Assembly: GCA_024222485.1 (NCBI GenBank)
Contig: JAAEPJ010000072.1
Location: 11,897 to 75,896, forward strand
Length of the DNA stretch: 64,000 nucleotides
From: a bacterium
Lineage (GTDB): Bacteria; RUG730; JAAEPJ01
Reading direction: 5' to 3'
Part shown: piece by piece, positions 9,027-19,005 of the stretch
Position numbering within the stretch: the stretch's first letter is position 1
Layout of the letters: each line of letters starts with the position of its first letter
Program-made: the position numbers and the translations under genes
The notes under the pieces: model-generated
What the model was told of the DNA's origin: nothing
The model's input: only the letters and a program-made list of their open reading frames with translations
Databases searched by the model: none

Positions 9027-10214
9027 TTATATTAAATGATTCATCCTGTCTTTTTTTGTTTTTAAATATCTTTCATTGATCTTATTGGCTCCTATCACGA
9101 TAGGAACTCGTTCTATAATCTCTAACCCATAACCTTCAAGAGCAATAATCTTGCGTGGATTATTCGTTAAAAGTCGAATTTTTTTAAGACCTAAATCTTC
9201 CAAAATCTGAGCCCCAATACCATAGTCCCGCAAATCTGCTTTAAAACCTAAAGCCTCATTGGCTTCCACAGTATCTAACCCTTGATCCTGTAAAGCATAC
9301 GCTTTAATTTTGTTAGATAAACCAATTCCACGCCCTTCTTGATTTAAATAAAGAACTACACCACCATTTTCTTCAACCATTTCCAAAGATTTATAAAGTT
9401 GAGCACGACAATCACAACGTAAAGAACCAAGAATATCTCCTGTAAAACAAGCAGAATGTACGCGGACTAAAGTAGATTTCTGGCTACAAAGGTCTCCTTT
9501 AACTAAAGCAATATGCTCGATGCTATCAGTCAAAGAACGGTACACATTAATTTTAAATTCACCAAATTGAGTTTTTAAATTAGCATCTGCTTCTTTTTCA
9601 ACTAACCGTTCTTCTTTATGTCGATATTTGATTAAATCCTCTATTGAAATAATTTTCAGGCTATGTTCTTTAGCAAAAACCCTCAAATCATTTAATCTTG
9701 CCATACGACCATCTTCTTTTAAAATTTCACATATGACACCTGCTTCAGCAAGCCCCGCAAGTCTAGCTAAGTCTACAGCAGCCTCTGTATGCCCTGCACG
9801 AACAAGAACGCCCCCTTCTAAGGAAATTAAAGGAAAAACATGCCCGGGTCTGTTAAAATCTTCCGGCTTAACATTTTCATCAATTAATGCCTTTATTGTC
9901 TCATATCGATCATGTGCAGAAATACCTGTTGTCGTTTTATGTTTATAATCAACAGAAATAGTAAACGCTGTTTTTTTAGGATCTGTATTATTTTTTGTCA
10001 TAGGACCAATATTTAACTTATCAAGCCTACTTTTTGTCATGGGGGTACAAATTAATCCACGACCATACTTAGTCATAAAATTTACTATATCTGGCGTTAG
10101 GTTTGATATTGAACAGACAAGATCACCTTCATTCTCACGGTCTTCATCATCAACAACGATTACCATTTTTCCATTTTTAATATCTAAAATAGCATTTTCT
10201 ATTCTATCCAGCAT
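9027..10214 (-). CDS. ribBA: bifunctional 3,4-dihydroxy-2-butanone-4-phosphate synthase / GTP cyclohydrolase II
   Basis: [11 protein letters not shown] (RibB) and a VHSACFTGD...RCDC GTP cyclohydrolase II zinc motif. The start is moved to the ATG at 10214, preceded by GGAGAAAG; the track start at 10259 lies inside ribE. Confidence 0.92.
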   Translation of the reverse strand: MLDRIENAILDIKNGKMVIVVDDEDRENEGDLVCSISNLTPDIVNFMTKYGRGLICTPMTKSRLDKLNIGPMTKNNTDPKKTAFTISVDYKHKTTTGISAHDRYETIKALIDENVKPEDFNRPGHVFPLISLEGGVLVRAGHTEAAVDLARLAGLAEAGVICEILKEDGRMARLNDLRVFAKEHSLKIISIEDLIKYRHKEERLVEKEADANLKTQFGEFKINVYRSLTDSIEHIALVKGDLCSQKSTLVRVHSACFTGDILGSLRCDCRAQLYKSLEMVEENGGVVLYLNQEGRGIGLSNKIKAYALQDQGLDTVEANEALGFKADLRDYGIGAQILEDLGLKKIRLLTNNPRKIIALEGYGLEIIERVPIVIGANKINERYLKTKKDRMNHLI

Positions 10215-10242
10215 ACTTTTACTTTCTCCTATGAGTATAAAA

Positions 10243-10833
10243 TCACATAAACCCTTCATCTTTAAGCAAATTATAAAAATCTTTTTTCTTCTCTGTTTGC
10301 TTTGTTAAAAAATCTGTTTCAATATTAATCTTGTCACCAATACGGCGCATCATTAAATTTGTTACACGCCAAGTTTCAGGAATAATTGAAACAGAAAATA
10401 AACCTTTTAGTCTAGAAAAAACTGTTAAGCTAATCCCATCTATTGCAATAGATCCTTTCTCATAAATATTCCCTAAAGTTGAATGAATGGTTAAGACTTT
10501 AGCATTATCTCTTGTCTCTATCTTTTGCAAAATACCAACACTTTCTACATGTCCTTGCACTATATGACCATTAAACCTTGAACTAGCAAGCATAGCACGC
10601 TCAATATTAACAAAGTCTCCTGTTTTAAGATTATCAAAATTCGTAGACTTAAAGGTTTCAGGCATAACATCTAGTTTTAGCGCTTTGAGATGAGAGTGAA
10701 CAACAGTTAAACAAACACCATTTACTGCCATACTATCACCTATTTCTACATCATTAAAATCCATTTCAACAACTAAAAAATTACGACCTTTTTGTTTAAT
10801 TTTTCCTAAAGTTTCAATTAACCCAGTAAACAT
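10243..10833 (-). CDS. ribE: riboflavin synthase alpha chain
   Basis: 196-aa ORF starting MFTGLIE, with the internally duplicated lumazine-binding barrel (VNGVCLTV / IDGISLTV). Confidence 0.92.
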   Translation of the reverse strand: MFTGLIETLGKIKQKGRNFLVVEMDFNDVEIGDSMAVNGVCLTVVHSHLKALKLDVMPETFKSTNFDNLKTGDFVNIERAMLASSRFNGHIVQGHVESVGILQKIETRDNAKVLTIHSTLGNIYEKGSIAIDGISLTVFSRLKGLFSVSIIPETWRVTNLMMRRIGDKINIETDFLTKQTEKKKDFYNLLKDEGFM

Positions 10834-10846
10834 ATTTCAATACCTA

Positions 10847-11317
10847 CTATATCGCCAATACACTTGGAATCTCTATTGTATATTTCTTAAAAAATCTCTC
10901 ATTTAATTCCCAACCTGCTTCTTCTAAAACACCAACATCTACCTCAACTCCACTGCTCTTTAAAATATTAATTCCATTACAAAAAACTTTAGGGTTATAA
11001 TCAATATTAGCAATCACAACCTTACCTATTCCTGCAGCAATAATTGCATTAACACAAGGGGGAGTATTCCCATAATGACAGCATGGCTCCAAATTAACAT
11101 ACATGGTAGAACCCAACAAAGAATCGGGAAAAATAACACTCTTAATTGCTGCGACTTCTGCATGATCCTTGCCATACTCAGAATGGAAGCCTTTACCAAT
11201 AATCTGAGAGTTTTTAACAATTACCGCACCAACCATCGGGTTAGGCCAAACATTGCCGAACCCTTTTTGGGCTAAATCCAGCGCGAGTCTCATAAAATAT
11301 ATTTCATGTTTAAACAT
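10847..11317 (-). CDS. ribD: diaminohydroxyphosphoribosylaminopyrimidine deaminase (RibD deaminase domain only; the reductase domain is absent)
   Basis: HAEVAAI and PCCHYGNTPPC zinc motifs of the CDA-fold RibD N-domain. The ORF ends after about 156 aa, 13 nt before ribE. Start set at the ATG at 11317, preceded by GAGGGG. Confidence 0.85.
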   Translation of the reverse strand: MFKHEIYFMRLALDLAQKGFGNVWPNPMVGAVIVKNSQIIGKGFHSEYGKDHAEVAAIKSVIFPDSLLGSTMYVNLEPCCHYGNTPPCVNAIIAAGIGKVVIANIDYNPKVFCNGINILKSSGVEVDVGVLEEAGWELNERFFKKYTIEIPSVLAI

Positions 11318-11505
11318 AAAAAAACCCCTCAAGATTAAAAAAAATCCTAAGGGGTTAATAAAAGAATCGGGGAAATAAGTGTATTTTAAATTTAGAAATA
11401 CACTGTTCCTTCTCTCATCCGAACTTTACAGGCAAATTTGCCCTAAGGTTTTTGTACAACCTTTAAACCGTCAGTACTGGAATCTCACCAAACCCCGAAG
11501 AAATT
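11318..11505 (-). promoter_or_regulatory. FMN riboswitch (RFN element) with terminator / SD-sequestering hairpin in the rib operon leader
   Basis: The minus strand reads CTTCGGGGTTTGGTGAGATTCCAGTACTGACGGT...GTAAAGTTCGGATGAGAGAAGGAAC, matching the conserved RFN core (CTTCGGGG..GGTGAAATTCC..ACCGGCGGT....AAAGTC.GGATGGGAGAAGG). It is followed by AACCCCTTAGGATT-T7-AATCTTGAGGGG-T7-ATG. Confidence 0.9.
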
Positions 11506-11793
11506 CATTAATTTTAATAATTAAAACATTATTTTACAAGTATTTCCAAATAAATATAAACTAAAAAGAAAAATATTATTTTCTTTAAAAAGTGCAATAG
11601 GACTTTTACTATTCATTCATCCAATATATCATTTATGCATTATCAAGATACTTAAGTAGTCATTACATCCCAGAATATCAGAAATGTAGAATTAATATTT
11701 TTAAATAAATTTAAAGCTAATGCCCACATCTTAAGAAGTTTAAAAAATCGTCATTGCTTATATTTTTTCATGGATTATAGAATATTAAAAATC

Positions 11794-12561
11794 CTATTTT
11801 TTCCCGACATACCAATATCCAACACCAATAAATAAGGCTCCACCGACAACATTACCTAATGTTACAGGTATTAAGTTAGCAAAGCAACCTCCCCAAGAAA
11901 CAGCAGAGGATGTACTAGGTCCAAATAAAGACAAACCAAAAATTGTCATATTAGCAATACTATGTTCAAATCCCGAACCAATAAAAGCAAACAAGCACCA
12001 AAAAATTAATAAAATTTTAGCAGCATCATTTGTTGTCCGCAGATTCATCCATAAAGCTAAACATACCAACATATTACAAAGAATACCTCTAAAAAACAAA
12101 GACCAAAAAGGCAAAGTCATTTTCACAATACTTACTTTCTCGATAAAATCAAAAGTAGCGTGATTTGAAAGCAAGCCTGAAAAATAAATAAAATACGCTA
12201 TCAACAATGACCCTAAAAAATTACCCAAATAACATACAATCCATAACTTTAGTGTATCCAACCATTTTACACTTTTTGATAGTGATCCAATAGTCATAAT
12301 CATATTATTACCCGTGAATAGTTCTGAACCTGCAAAAACAACGACTGTAAGAGCAACTCCAAAGGATGCAGCCATTAAGGCTTTTATAATAGGCAGACCT
12401 GCAACTTCTAACGGAGCACCAATTGAAAAAATCAAAATAACACCAAAGCCGACATAAATTCCTGCCATCATTGCTAGAATAAAATACTTTAAAAAACTAT
12501 TATTCAACATATTAATCTTTAACTGACTTGCTTTAATAATTTTTTCTAGCGTTTCATTCAT
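11794..12561 (-). CDS. nirC: formate/nitrite transporter (FNT) family channel, likely nitrite
   Basis: 255-aa polytopic ORF with FNT-type motifs (GSELFTGN, FEHSIANM), immediately downstream of nirBD. Confidence 0.8.
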   Translation of the reverse strand: MNETLEKIIKASQLKINMLNNSFLKYFILAMMAGIYVGFGVILIFSIGAPLEVAGLPIIKALMAASFGVALTVVVFAGSELFTGNNMIMTIGSLSKSVKWLDTLKLWIVCYLGNFLGSLLIAYFIYFSGLLSNHATFDFIEKVSIVKMTLPFWSLFFRGILCNMLVCLALWMNLRTTNDAAKILLIFWCLFAFIGSGFEHSIANMTIFGLSLFGPSTSSAVSWGGCFANLIPVTLGNVVGGALFIGVGYWYVGKK

Positions 12562-12579
12562 ACCGACATTTCTCCCGCT

Positions 12580-15504
12580 TTATTTTGCACATTTACATTT
12601 TTTGGCTGTTAAATGTTTTTCTAAATCTTCTTCACTAGGGAGGTTTAAATAAACCGCATCTTCTTCAACCTTAACAGGAAAAGTTTGAATAGCATAATCT
12701 GGATCACTAAGACCTTTCCCTGTTTCTAAAAAAAATGTTTTTTTATGCATAGGACATGCAACCTTAGGTTTCCCCCTCGTCTCACCTAGCATTCCCCTAT
12801 AAAGTAACATCTCTTGCTTATGAGGGCATAAATTCTGCGTAGCATACCATTGATCTCTATCTGAAAAATTAAATATTGCCAGCTGAGTATTACCGTATTT
12901 AACTGTTCTAGCATTATTTTTTTCTACATCACTCACATCACAGATTTTAATCCATTTTGACGGCAAATCTATTAAATTTATATTAGGCTTTTTTTCTACT
13001 TCTTCCTCAGTTGGCCAAGCTTCTGGCATAATCTGATCTCGCTGAGTAACAAGCTGAATATTATCATCTTTTTCTTTAGAATTTAAAAAATGAGTAAACT
13101 TCTTTCTCTTCAAAGGATCCAGCACAACTTCTTTCCACTCACATTTATAGTTGTCAATCACCCTTTGCATACTAATTTCCAACTCACTACAAATCTCCAA
13201 CTTATCATCAATTATCACTTCTTTTAAGTAGTTCATTCCCCCTGAAAGTTGCTCAAACCATGAAGATGTTCGTTGAAGTTTATCTGCCGTATAGATATAA
13301 AACATTAAAAATCTATCTAAATATTTAATACAGGTATCTTTATCAATACTCGAGGCTAAAAGCTCTGCATGCCTTGGATTTGTGCCTGCATTTCCACATA
13401 TATATAAATTCCAGCCTGTCTCTGTCGCTATTATCCCAAAATCTTTTGCTTTTGCTTCTGCACATTCACGCGAACAACCAGAAACAGCAGACTTAAGTTT
13501 GTGAGGGGCTCTTAAGCCTTTATACCTATTCTCAATTTCTATTGCAAAGGTTACAGAGTCTTGAACTCCAAACCTACACCAACTAGTCCCTACACAACTT
13601 TTAACCGCTCTTAATGATTTACCATAGCCATGTCCTGTTTCAAATTTAGCCTCAATAAGTTCTTCCCAAATTTCTGGAAGATCAACTAAATTTGCTCCGA
13701 ATAAAGCTATACGCTGTGCTCCAGTTATTTTAGAATATAGATTATATTTTTCTGCTACTTTCACAATTGTAGCCAATTGGTGAGGCGTAATTTCTCCTCC
13801 TGTAACTCTTGGGATTACTGAATAGGTCCCATTACGCTGAATATTTGCCATAAATTTATCATTTGTATCTTGAATTATATCATGGTTAACCACATGGTCA
13901 TTCCATAAGCTAGCTAAAATAGAGGCTATTGTAGGCTTACATATTTCGCAACCATTCCCTTTCCCATAAGCAGCTAAAACTTCTTCAAATTTCTGATATT
14001 TTTTAACTTTTATTATATTAAAAAGGTCTACTCGGCTATAAACAAAGTGTTCACAAATATCTTTTTTTATTTCCACACCTGCTTTATCCATTTCAGACTC
14101 AAAAATATTTTTAACTAAAGATAAACATGCTCCACAGCCAGTACCCGCTTTAGTATCGCACTTAACCTCCGATAGCGTAGTAAGTTTTTTATCACGAATA
14201 GCATTACATATATAACCTTTAGAAATATTATTGCATGCACATATTTGTTCATTATCATCCATTGAATCCACTGAAACTGTATGCTTATCTAAACCTTTCG
14301 TGATGAGGACTTCAGGTGAAAGTATAAATGGTTTACTACTCCTTATAAATCGTAAAACATTAGAATAATCAGAATCTGAGACATCTCCTACCAGAATAGC
14401 TCCTAATATTTTTTTATTTTTTTTATCTATGGTGATTTGTTTATATGTTTCGTTATATGGATTATTAAGAACAACATTGCTAATACCTTCTGAGACAATA
14501 AAAGGATTTCCAAGGCTTGCAACATCTATTCCTAATAACTTTAATTTCGTTGATTCATCCGGATTACTAAAAACTTTATTATCTCCACATAAGTTAGCCG
14601 CCAAAATATCCGCCATATTATAACAGGGATTAACTAAACCATAAGACTTCATTTCACAATGCGCAACCTCACCTATGGCATAAATACTATCATCCTGTGT
14701 TCTTAGTTTCGAATCTACTAAAATTCCCCCTGATTTTCCGGTGCCAAGATCACAATTTCTAGCTAATTCATCATTTGATCTAATGCCGGCAGAAATTATG
14801 ACCATATCAACATTTAAGCTTTCATTATCTGCAAATAATAAACCTTCAACTTTACCTTCTCCTAGGATTTTTGATGTTTTTTTGCTCAAATGGACATGAA
14901 ACCCCATATTTTTGATCTTTTCTACTAAAATATAAGAAGCATCCGCATTTAATTGATTTGGCATAAGTCTATCAGAAAACTCAACAATATGAGTATCTAA
15001 GGATAAATTTCGACAAGCATTCGCAGCTTCCAGTCCAAGCAAACCTCCGCCAATAATAGCTGCTGATTTAATATTTTTAGCATAATTGGCAATATCCTGC
15101 ACATCCTCGATAGTCCGGTAAACAAACACCCCTTTTTGATCGATATTAACTATTTTAGGAACATAAGATGAAGAACCAGTACAGATAACTAAGTTATCAT
15201 AAGAAACTTCTGTATGCTTTGTAGTCGTAATAGTTTTACTGCTCCGATTTATCTTTCTTACTTTTTCATCTAGGCATAAATCAATTCCATTTTTTTCATA
15301 CCATGATTTTTTTTCCAACAATAATTCTTCTAAATTATTATTAACAAAGTATGAACTTATATATGTTCTATCGTATGCGGGATATTTCTCTTCTCCAAAT
15401 ATAGAAATAGTATATTTTTTTTCAAGGTCATACTCGAGCATCCTTTCACAAAACTTATAACTACTCATTCCATTACCAATAACAATTATATGATTTTTTT
15501 TCAT
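12580..15504 (-). CDS. nirB: assimilatory NAD(P)H nitrite reductase, NirB large subunit fused to a NirD Rieske-like small subunit
   Basis: N-terminal FAD/NAD Rossmann folds (IIVIGNGMS, AAIIGGGLLGLE), a BFD-like [2Fe-2S] region (CACN...GCGAC) and the sirohaem/4Fe-4S region (SCVGTSWCRFG, SGCSRECAEA). The C-terminal approximately 110 aa (LCPHKQEML...ACPMHKKTF) are NirD-like. Start set at the ATG at 15504 after GGAG. Confidence 0.88.
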   Translation of the reverse strand: MKKNHIIVIGNGMSSYKFCERMLEYDLEKKYTISIFGEEKYPAYDRTYISSYFVNNNLEELLLEKKSWYEKNGIDLCLDEKVRKINRSSKTITTTKHTEVSYDNLVICTGSSSYVPKIVNIDQKGVFVYRTIEDVQDIANYAKNIKSAAIIGGGLLGLEAANACRNLSLDTHIVEFSDRLMPNQLNADASYILVEKIKNMGFHVHLSKKTSKILGEGKVEGLLFADNESLNVDMVIISAGIRSNDELARNCDLGTGKSGGILVDSKLRTQDDSIYAIGEVAHCEMKSYGLVNPCYNMADILAANLCGDNKVFSNPDESTKLKLLGIDVASLGNPFIVSEGISNVVLNNPYNETYKQITIDKKNKKILGAILVGDVSDSDYSNVLRFIRSSKPFILSPEVLITKGLDKHTVSVDSMDDNEQICACNNISKGYICNAIRDKKLTTLSEVKCDTKAGTGCGACLSLVKNIFESEMDKAGVEIKKDICEHFVYSRVDLFNIIKVKKYQKFEEVLAAYGKGNGCEICKPTIASILASLWNDHVVNHDIIQDTNDKFMANIQRNGTYSVIPRVTGGEITPHQLATIVKVAEKYNLYSKITGAQRIALFGANLVDLPEIWEELIEAKFETGHGYGKSLRAVKSCVGTSWCRFGVQDSVTFAIEIENRYKGLRAPHKLKSAVSGCSRECAEAKAKDFGIIATETGWNLYICGNAGTNPRHAELLASSIDKDTCIKYLDRFLMFYIYTADKLQRTSSWFEQLSGGMNYLKEVIIDDKLEICSELEISMQRVIDNYKCEWKEVVLDPLKRKKFTHFLNSKEKDDNIQLVTQRDQIMPEAWPTEEEVEKKPNINLIDLPSKWIKICDVSDVEKNNARTVKYGNTQLAIFNFSDRDQWYATQNLCPHKQEMLLYRGMLGETRGKPKVACPMHKKTFFLETGKGLSDPDYAIQTFPVKVEEDAVYLNLPSEEDLEKHLTAKKCKCAK

Positions 15505-15868
15505 AATCACTCCATATTTACTTTTAAGCTAAAAAACCCTTTCTAAGGAGGAAATCGCAACTTACTTAAATTAGATATTATTTTTTATATTTATACATCA
15601 TCTATCTATAGATTCAAGTAATTACCAAGGGATTTAACTTCCCTTAGCATTTTAACATATAAGAAAAAGACTTAAAGTTCTATCGACAATATTTTAGAGG
15701 TAGAAAGTTCAGAAATCCCATTCTGTTTTATAAAAATATATTTCAAAAACACCCACACTAATAAAAAGCTTAAAGTAAAGTGCATCAAGGTAAGCCTAAA
15801 CTTCCAACCACATAATATCAAATAAAAGCTTAAATATCTATTTAAAAAAATTAAATCATACGATTAAG

Positions 15869-16732
15869 CTATTTTAGAAGTATTTCAAAATAACTTACCC
15901 CCAAGTCCTTCTCCATAAGCCTAGCTTTTCCCCTTAAATTTTCAATCAAGTCTTTTAATTTTAAATCAAGTCTTTGCTCTAAAACTATTTGATAAAGCTC
16001 TTCTCTATTTTTAATATTAGCATGAAACTCTTTCGCTAGGAAACCATATAAATTAACATTAAAAATCTCTGCTTCTTGAAAACTTTCGAAATTACTCAAA
16101 TCTTCAAGATCATCATTAATTTGATAAGCAAGTCCTATAATACGGCTATATTCTTCAATTTTCTGAATAACTATTTTATCTTTGCCTCCCACATAATAAT
16201 AAGCCAAAAGAATAGGAGCAAAAAAAGAATAATAAGCAGTTTTCTCCTCGTATAAATTTAAGATATCTGCTTGGCTATGCACATCCAAAGTACACTCACT
16301 AATCGCTCCTTGAGCAGTCTTTAACCCCACTTGTAATAAAACATCTAATGCTTTATTTGTTTTATCATGTTTATGTGCAAAGTTTAAAGCAAAAGTGTAC
16401 AAAAAATCACCAAATAAAAGAGCAAAATTATCACCAAACCTAACATGAAATGAGTCAGAACCTCTCCTTTTAGCTGAGTTATCTATCAAATCATCATGCA
16501 CTAAAACAAAGTTATGGAACAATTCAAAACTAATAGAAAATTTATAAGGAATATCTTGCGTATTTCCCCCAAATTTAAGGTAAGATAAAATAAAAATATA
16601 AGAACGAAAGCATTTGCTTTTGGTGGAAAGGACATGCTGAAAAGCTAATTGAATATTAATGGGGAAGTTTGAAACCTCTGTTTGAATAAAACTTCCAACC
16701 TCCAAACTAATTTTTTGTTTAATATCTTGCAT
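15869..16732 (-). CDS. polyprenyl diphosphate synthase (trans-isoprenyl, chain length unknown)
   Basis: First and second aspartate-rich motifs, LVHDDLIDNSAKRRG and YQINDDLEDL. Confidence 0.8.
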   Translation of the reverse strand: MQDIKQKISLEVGSFIQTEVSNFPINIQLAFQHVLSTKSKCFRSYIFILSYLKFGGNTQDIPYKFSISFELFHNFVLVHDDLIDNSAKRRGSDSFHVRFGDNFALLFGDFLYTFALNFAHKHDKTNKALDVLLQVGLKTAQGAISECTLDVHSQADILNLYEEKTAYYSFFAPILLAYYYVGGKDKIVIQKIEEYSRIIGLAYQINDDLEDLSNFESFQEAEIFNVNLYGFLAKEFHANIKNREELYQIVLEQRLDLKLKDLIENLRGKARLMEKDLGVSYFEILLK

Positions 16733-16757
16733 ATATATCGTTTTTTTAAAATCCTGA

Positions 16758-17636
16758 TTATGACAATAAAAAAGAAATTACTAATAATAACAAAAAGATA
16801 AAATGAAATTTTGCTGTCTGAATATCAATACACTTTAAATCTTTGTGATTATAAATAAACCTTAACAAGTAGACAGCAAAGGGGATAGACAGAAAAGCTA
16901 AACTCGACACCCAAGAGAAAATATTTAAATATATCGAAATTAACAAAATAAGATAGGGTGTAAAAAGTAAAAAAACATACAATCGTTTAGCATAATTGGC
17001 CCCAATTAATATGGGCAATGTTATTATCTTCGACTCTCTATCCGTATTAATATCTCGTAGATTATTTCCTAAAAGAATTGCAGCAGTAGGTAAGCCAAAT
17101 AAAACACCCAAATAGACAGTTCCTATTTCAAATATTTCAGTTAATAATAATCCTGTAGCGACTGCTAAAATAGGTCCTAGCAAAGTAAAAACAAATACCT
17201 CACCAAGCACAAAATATTTATACCCAAAAGAATTATGCGTATAGAAATAAGCACCTAAAAAACTAAACAATAGAAGCAATAAAATTAACACACTTCCGCT
17301 ATAGTATAGAATTAAGAGACCTAATATAATCGCGGAAATAAAACAAACATCCGCAATAATTTTCACTTCTTTAAGCTTTAAAAGTTTATTAGTCAAAACA
17401 CCACTAGATCCAAAAGATTTTAATGTATCAATATTTCTTACATAATCAACTTGATCATTTCTAACATTAACGGCTATATGTAAAAATAAAACAAACAAAA
17501 CCTCTAAAATTAAAAATAAATAACCAATATCATAATCTCTACTAAGCATAAAAATGGCTATCGCAATTATAGGAAAGATAGAAACCAAAAAAGAAAATGC
17601 TCTTAATAATTTAAAATAACTTTTTATTTTTAACAT
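16758..17636 (-). CDS. menA: UbiA-family prenyltransferase, MenA-like (1,4-dihydroxy-2-naphthoate polyprenyltransferase)
   Basis: Polytopic ORF with NVRNDQVDY and NNLRDINTDRESKIITL motifs. The start is trimmed to the ATG at 17636, because the track ORF extends into the divergent doxX gene. Confidence 0.7.
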   Translation of the reverse strand: MLKIKSYFKLLRAFSFLVSIFPIIAIAIFMLSRDYDIGYLFLILEVLFVLFLHIAVNVRNDQVDYVRNIDTLKSFGSSGVLTNKLLKLKEVKIIADVCFISAIILGLLILYYSGSVLILLLLLFSFLGAYFYTHNSFGYKYFVLGEVFVFTLLGPILAVATGLLLTEIFEIGTVYLGVLFGLPTAAILLGNNLRDINTDRESKIITLPILIGANYAKRLYVFLLFTPYLILLISIYLNIFSWVSSLAFLSIPFAVYLLRFIYNHKDLKCIDIQTAKFHFIFLLLLVISFLLS

Positions 17637-17719
17637 GCTTTTATTGTACAATAAGAAAGTAAAAAGTCTAGAAAAATAATGAAAAAATCTTACATAAATT
17701 AAGACTAAGGAGGGGGCAT

Positions 17720-18100
17720 ATGCATTTAGGTCTTTTAATATTAAGGCTTGGACTTGGGGGTACATTTATTCTGCATGGCTGGCCAAAACTCATGGGTGGG
17801 ATTCAAACTTGGAAATGGCTTGGTTCAAGCATGACTACTTTTGGCATTACTTTTTATCCAGAGTTTTGGGGCTTTTTAGCAGCATGTACAGAATTTTTTG
17901 GTGCAATCTTAATTCTACTTGGGTTATTTACAAAACAAGCAGCATTTTTTTTATTTATCGTAATGTTTGTTGCTGTAAGTATGCATATTTCCAAAAATGA
18001 TAATTTTAATCAAAGCTCACATGCAATTGAATTAGGAATTGTATTTTTGAGCTTACTTTTTACCGGTGCAGGAAAGTATAGCATCGATAATATTAGATAA
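17720..18100 (+). CDS. DoxX family membrane protein
   Basis: 126-aa, 4-TM ORF (LRLGLGGTFILHGWPKL). It has a strong ribosome-binding site, AAGGAGGGGGCATATG. Confidence 0.75.
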   Translation: MHLGLLILRLGLGGTFILHGWPKLMGGIQTWKWLGSSMTTFGITFYPEFWGFLAACTEFFGAILILLGLFTKQAAFFLFIVMFVAVSMHISKNDNFNQSSHAIELGIVFLSLLFTGAGKYSIDNIR

Positions 18101-18145
18101 GGAATTTATTCCATTCTATATTTATTGTATTAACTGCTTTTATCA

Positions 18146-18979
18146 TTGCGCTTATCAGAATTTTATCCATTTTTAAGAGTTTCTAAGAGTGGCTTTTACA
18201 AATGGCCGAGTAAAGTAAAAACTAAAAGAACGCAGAAAAATGAAGATCTTTTAATAAAGATTCGAGAAATTTATTTAAAGAGCAACAGGGTTTATGGCAG
18301 CCCCAGAATTATGGCGGTGCTGAAACGTGATCAGTCATTTTTTAACCATAAAAGAGTCGAAAGGCTCATCAAAATTAATGCTATTGTGGCAAAAACAAAA
18401 CAAAAGTTTAAAGTAGCTAGAAATGCTAAACATAATTATCCCGTAGCACCAAACTTAATAAAGCAGGATTTTTCTGCCCCTGTGGCAAATACGCTATATT
18501 TGAGTAATATAAGTTACATTAGAACACAAGAAGGCTGGTTATATTTAGCAGCAGTTTTAGATGCTTATACGCGTAAAATTGTTGGCTGGAGCATGTCCGA
18601 AAGACAAACAAAAAAATTGGTTGAAAATGCAGGATTACACAGAGTTAATCGACAAAAAGTTAACGGTGAAATTATTTTACATTCAGATCAAGGAAAACAG
18701 TATGCCAGGTATTCTTATCGAGATTTATGAAAAGAGCATGGATTTATTCAAAGTATGCGTGGTCGTGGTAACCCATATGATAATGCGATGATGGAATCAT
18801 TTTTTCACACGCTAAAAACAGAAGAAGTTTACTGGCAAAATCATGAAACTAGAGCAGAAGCTAAAAAAAGTATATTTGAAGATATTGGAATAAATTATAA
18901 TCGAATGAGATTGTACTCAGGAATTGGCTATAAGACGCCTATTGAATTTGAGATGCTAGCTAAGCGGTTACAAAATTAA
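18146..18979 (+). pseudogene. IS3-family transposase OrfB (rve/DDE integrase core), frameshifted and degenerate
   Basis: The two track ORFs (18146-18730 and 18755-18979) together read VSKSGFYKW...YGSPRI...KRVERL...LHSDQGKQY // RGNPYDNAMMESFFHTLKTEEVY...YNRMRLYSGIGYKTPIEFE. The frame breaks between them. There is no ATG start, and the position expected for the first catalytic Asp reads SNISYI. Confidence 0.8.
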
Positions 18980-19005
18980 TTGTCCACCATTCGGGGGCAA
19001 GATCA
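18146..19005 (+). mobile_element. IS3-family insertion sequence remnant (right part only; orfA and the left inverted repeat are missing)
   Basis: Contains only the orfB-like reading frames. The putative right terminus ...TGTCCACCATTCGGGGGCAAGATCA ends in CA as in IS3-family inverted repeats. I found no matching left repeat (TGATCTTGCC...) in the window. Confidence 0.7.

Noticed and set aside
11379-11564. Plus-strand 61-aa ORF in the ribD-nirC intergenic region.
   Set aside because: It overlaps the minus-strand FMN riboswitch, whose conserved core fully explains the sequence conservation here.
11565-11590. The AAAGAAAA-atatta-TTTTCTTT palindrome, considered as the terminator of nirC.
   Set aside because: The stem is almost purely A/T (a single G-C pair) and lies about 200 nt from the nirC stop. 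That is too weak to call.
15511-15560. A short CCTT-aga-AAGG hairpin followed by T6 in the nirB leader, considered as a possible attenuator or ANTAR-type target.
   Set aside because: The stem is only 4-5 bp and there is no tandem hexaloop hairpin pair, so the evidence is insufficient.
16758-17765. The full 335-aa version of the MenA-like ORF, together with the track-length starts of several other ORFs (2696, 5329, 6730, 10259, 11332, 15510, 28226, 31189, 32042).
   Set aside because: The N-terminal extensions run into neighbouring genes or the divergent doxX gene and lack ribosome-binding sites. Internal ATGs with GGAG-type sites and family-typical N-termini fit better.
17809-18000. 63-aa plus-strand ORF nested in doxX. 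Nested alternative-frame minus-strand ORFs at 11026-11220, 20798-21028, 25301-25486, 41574-41759 and 53533-53856 are treated the same way.
   Set aside because: They are alternative frames inside well-supported genes, with no motif or start signal.
18146-19005. An active IS3 element, with a programmed -1 frameshift accounting for the two ORFs.
   Set aside because: The break lies inside orfB rather than at an orfA/orfB junction. orfA, the slippery site and the left inverted repeat are absent, and a catalytic position appears mutated.
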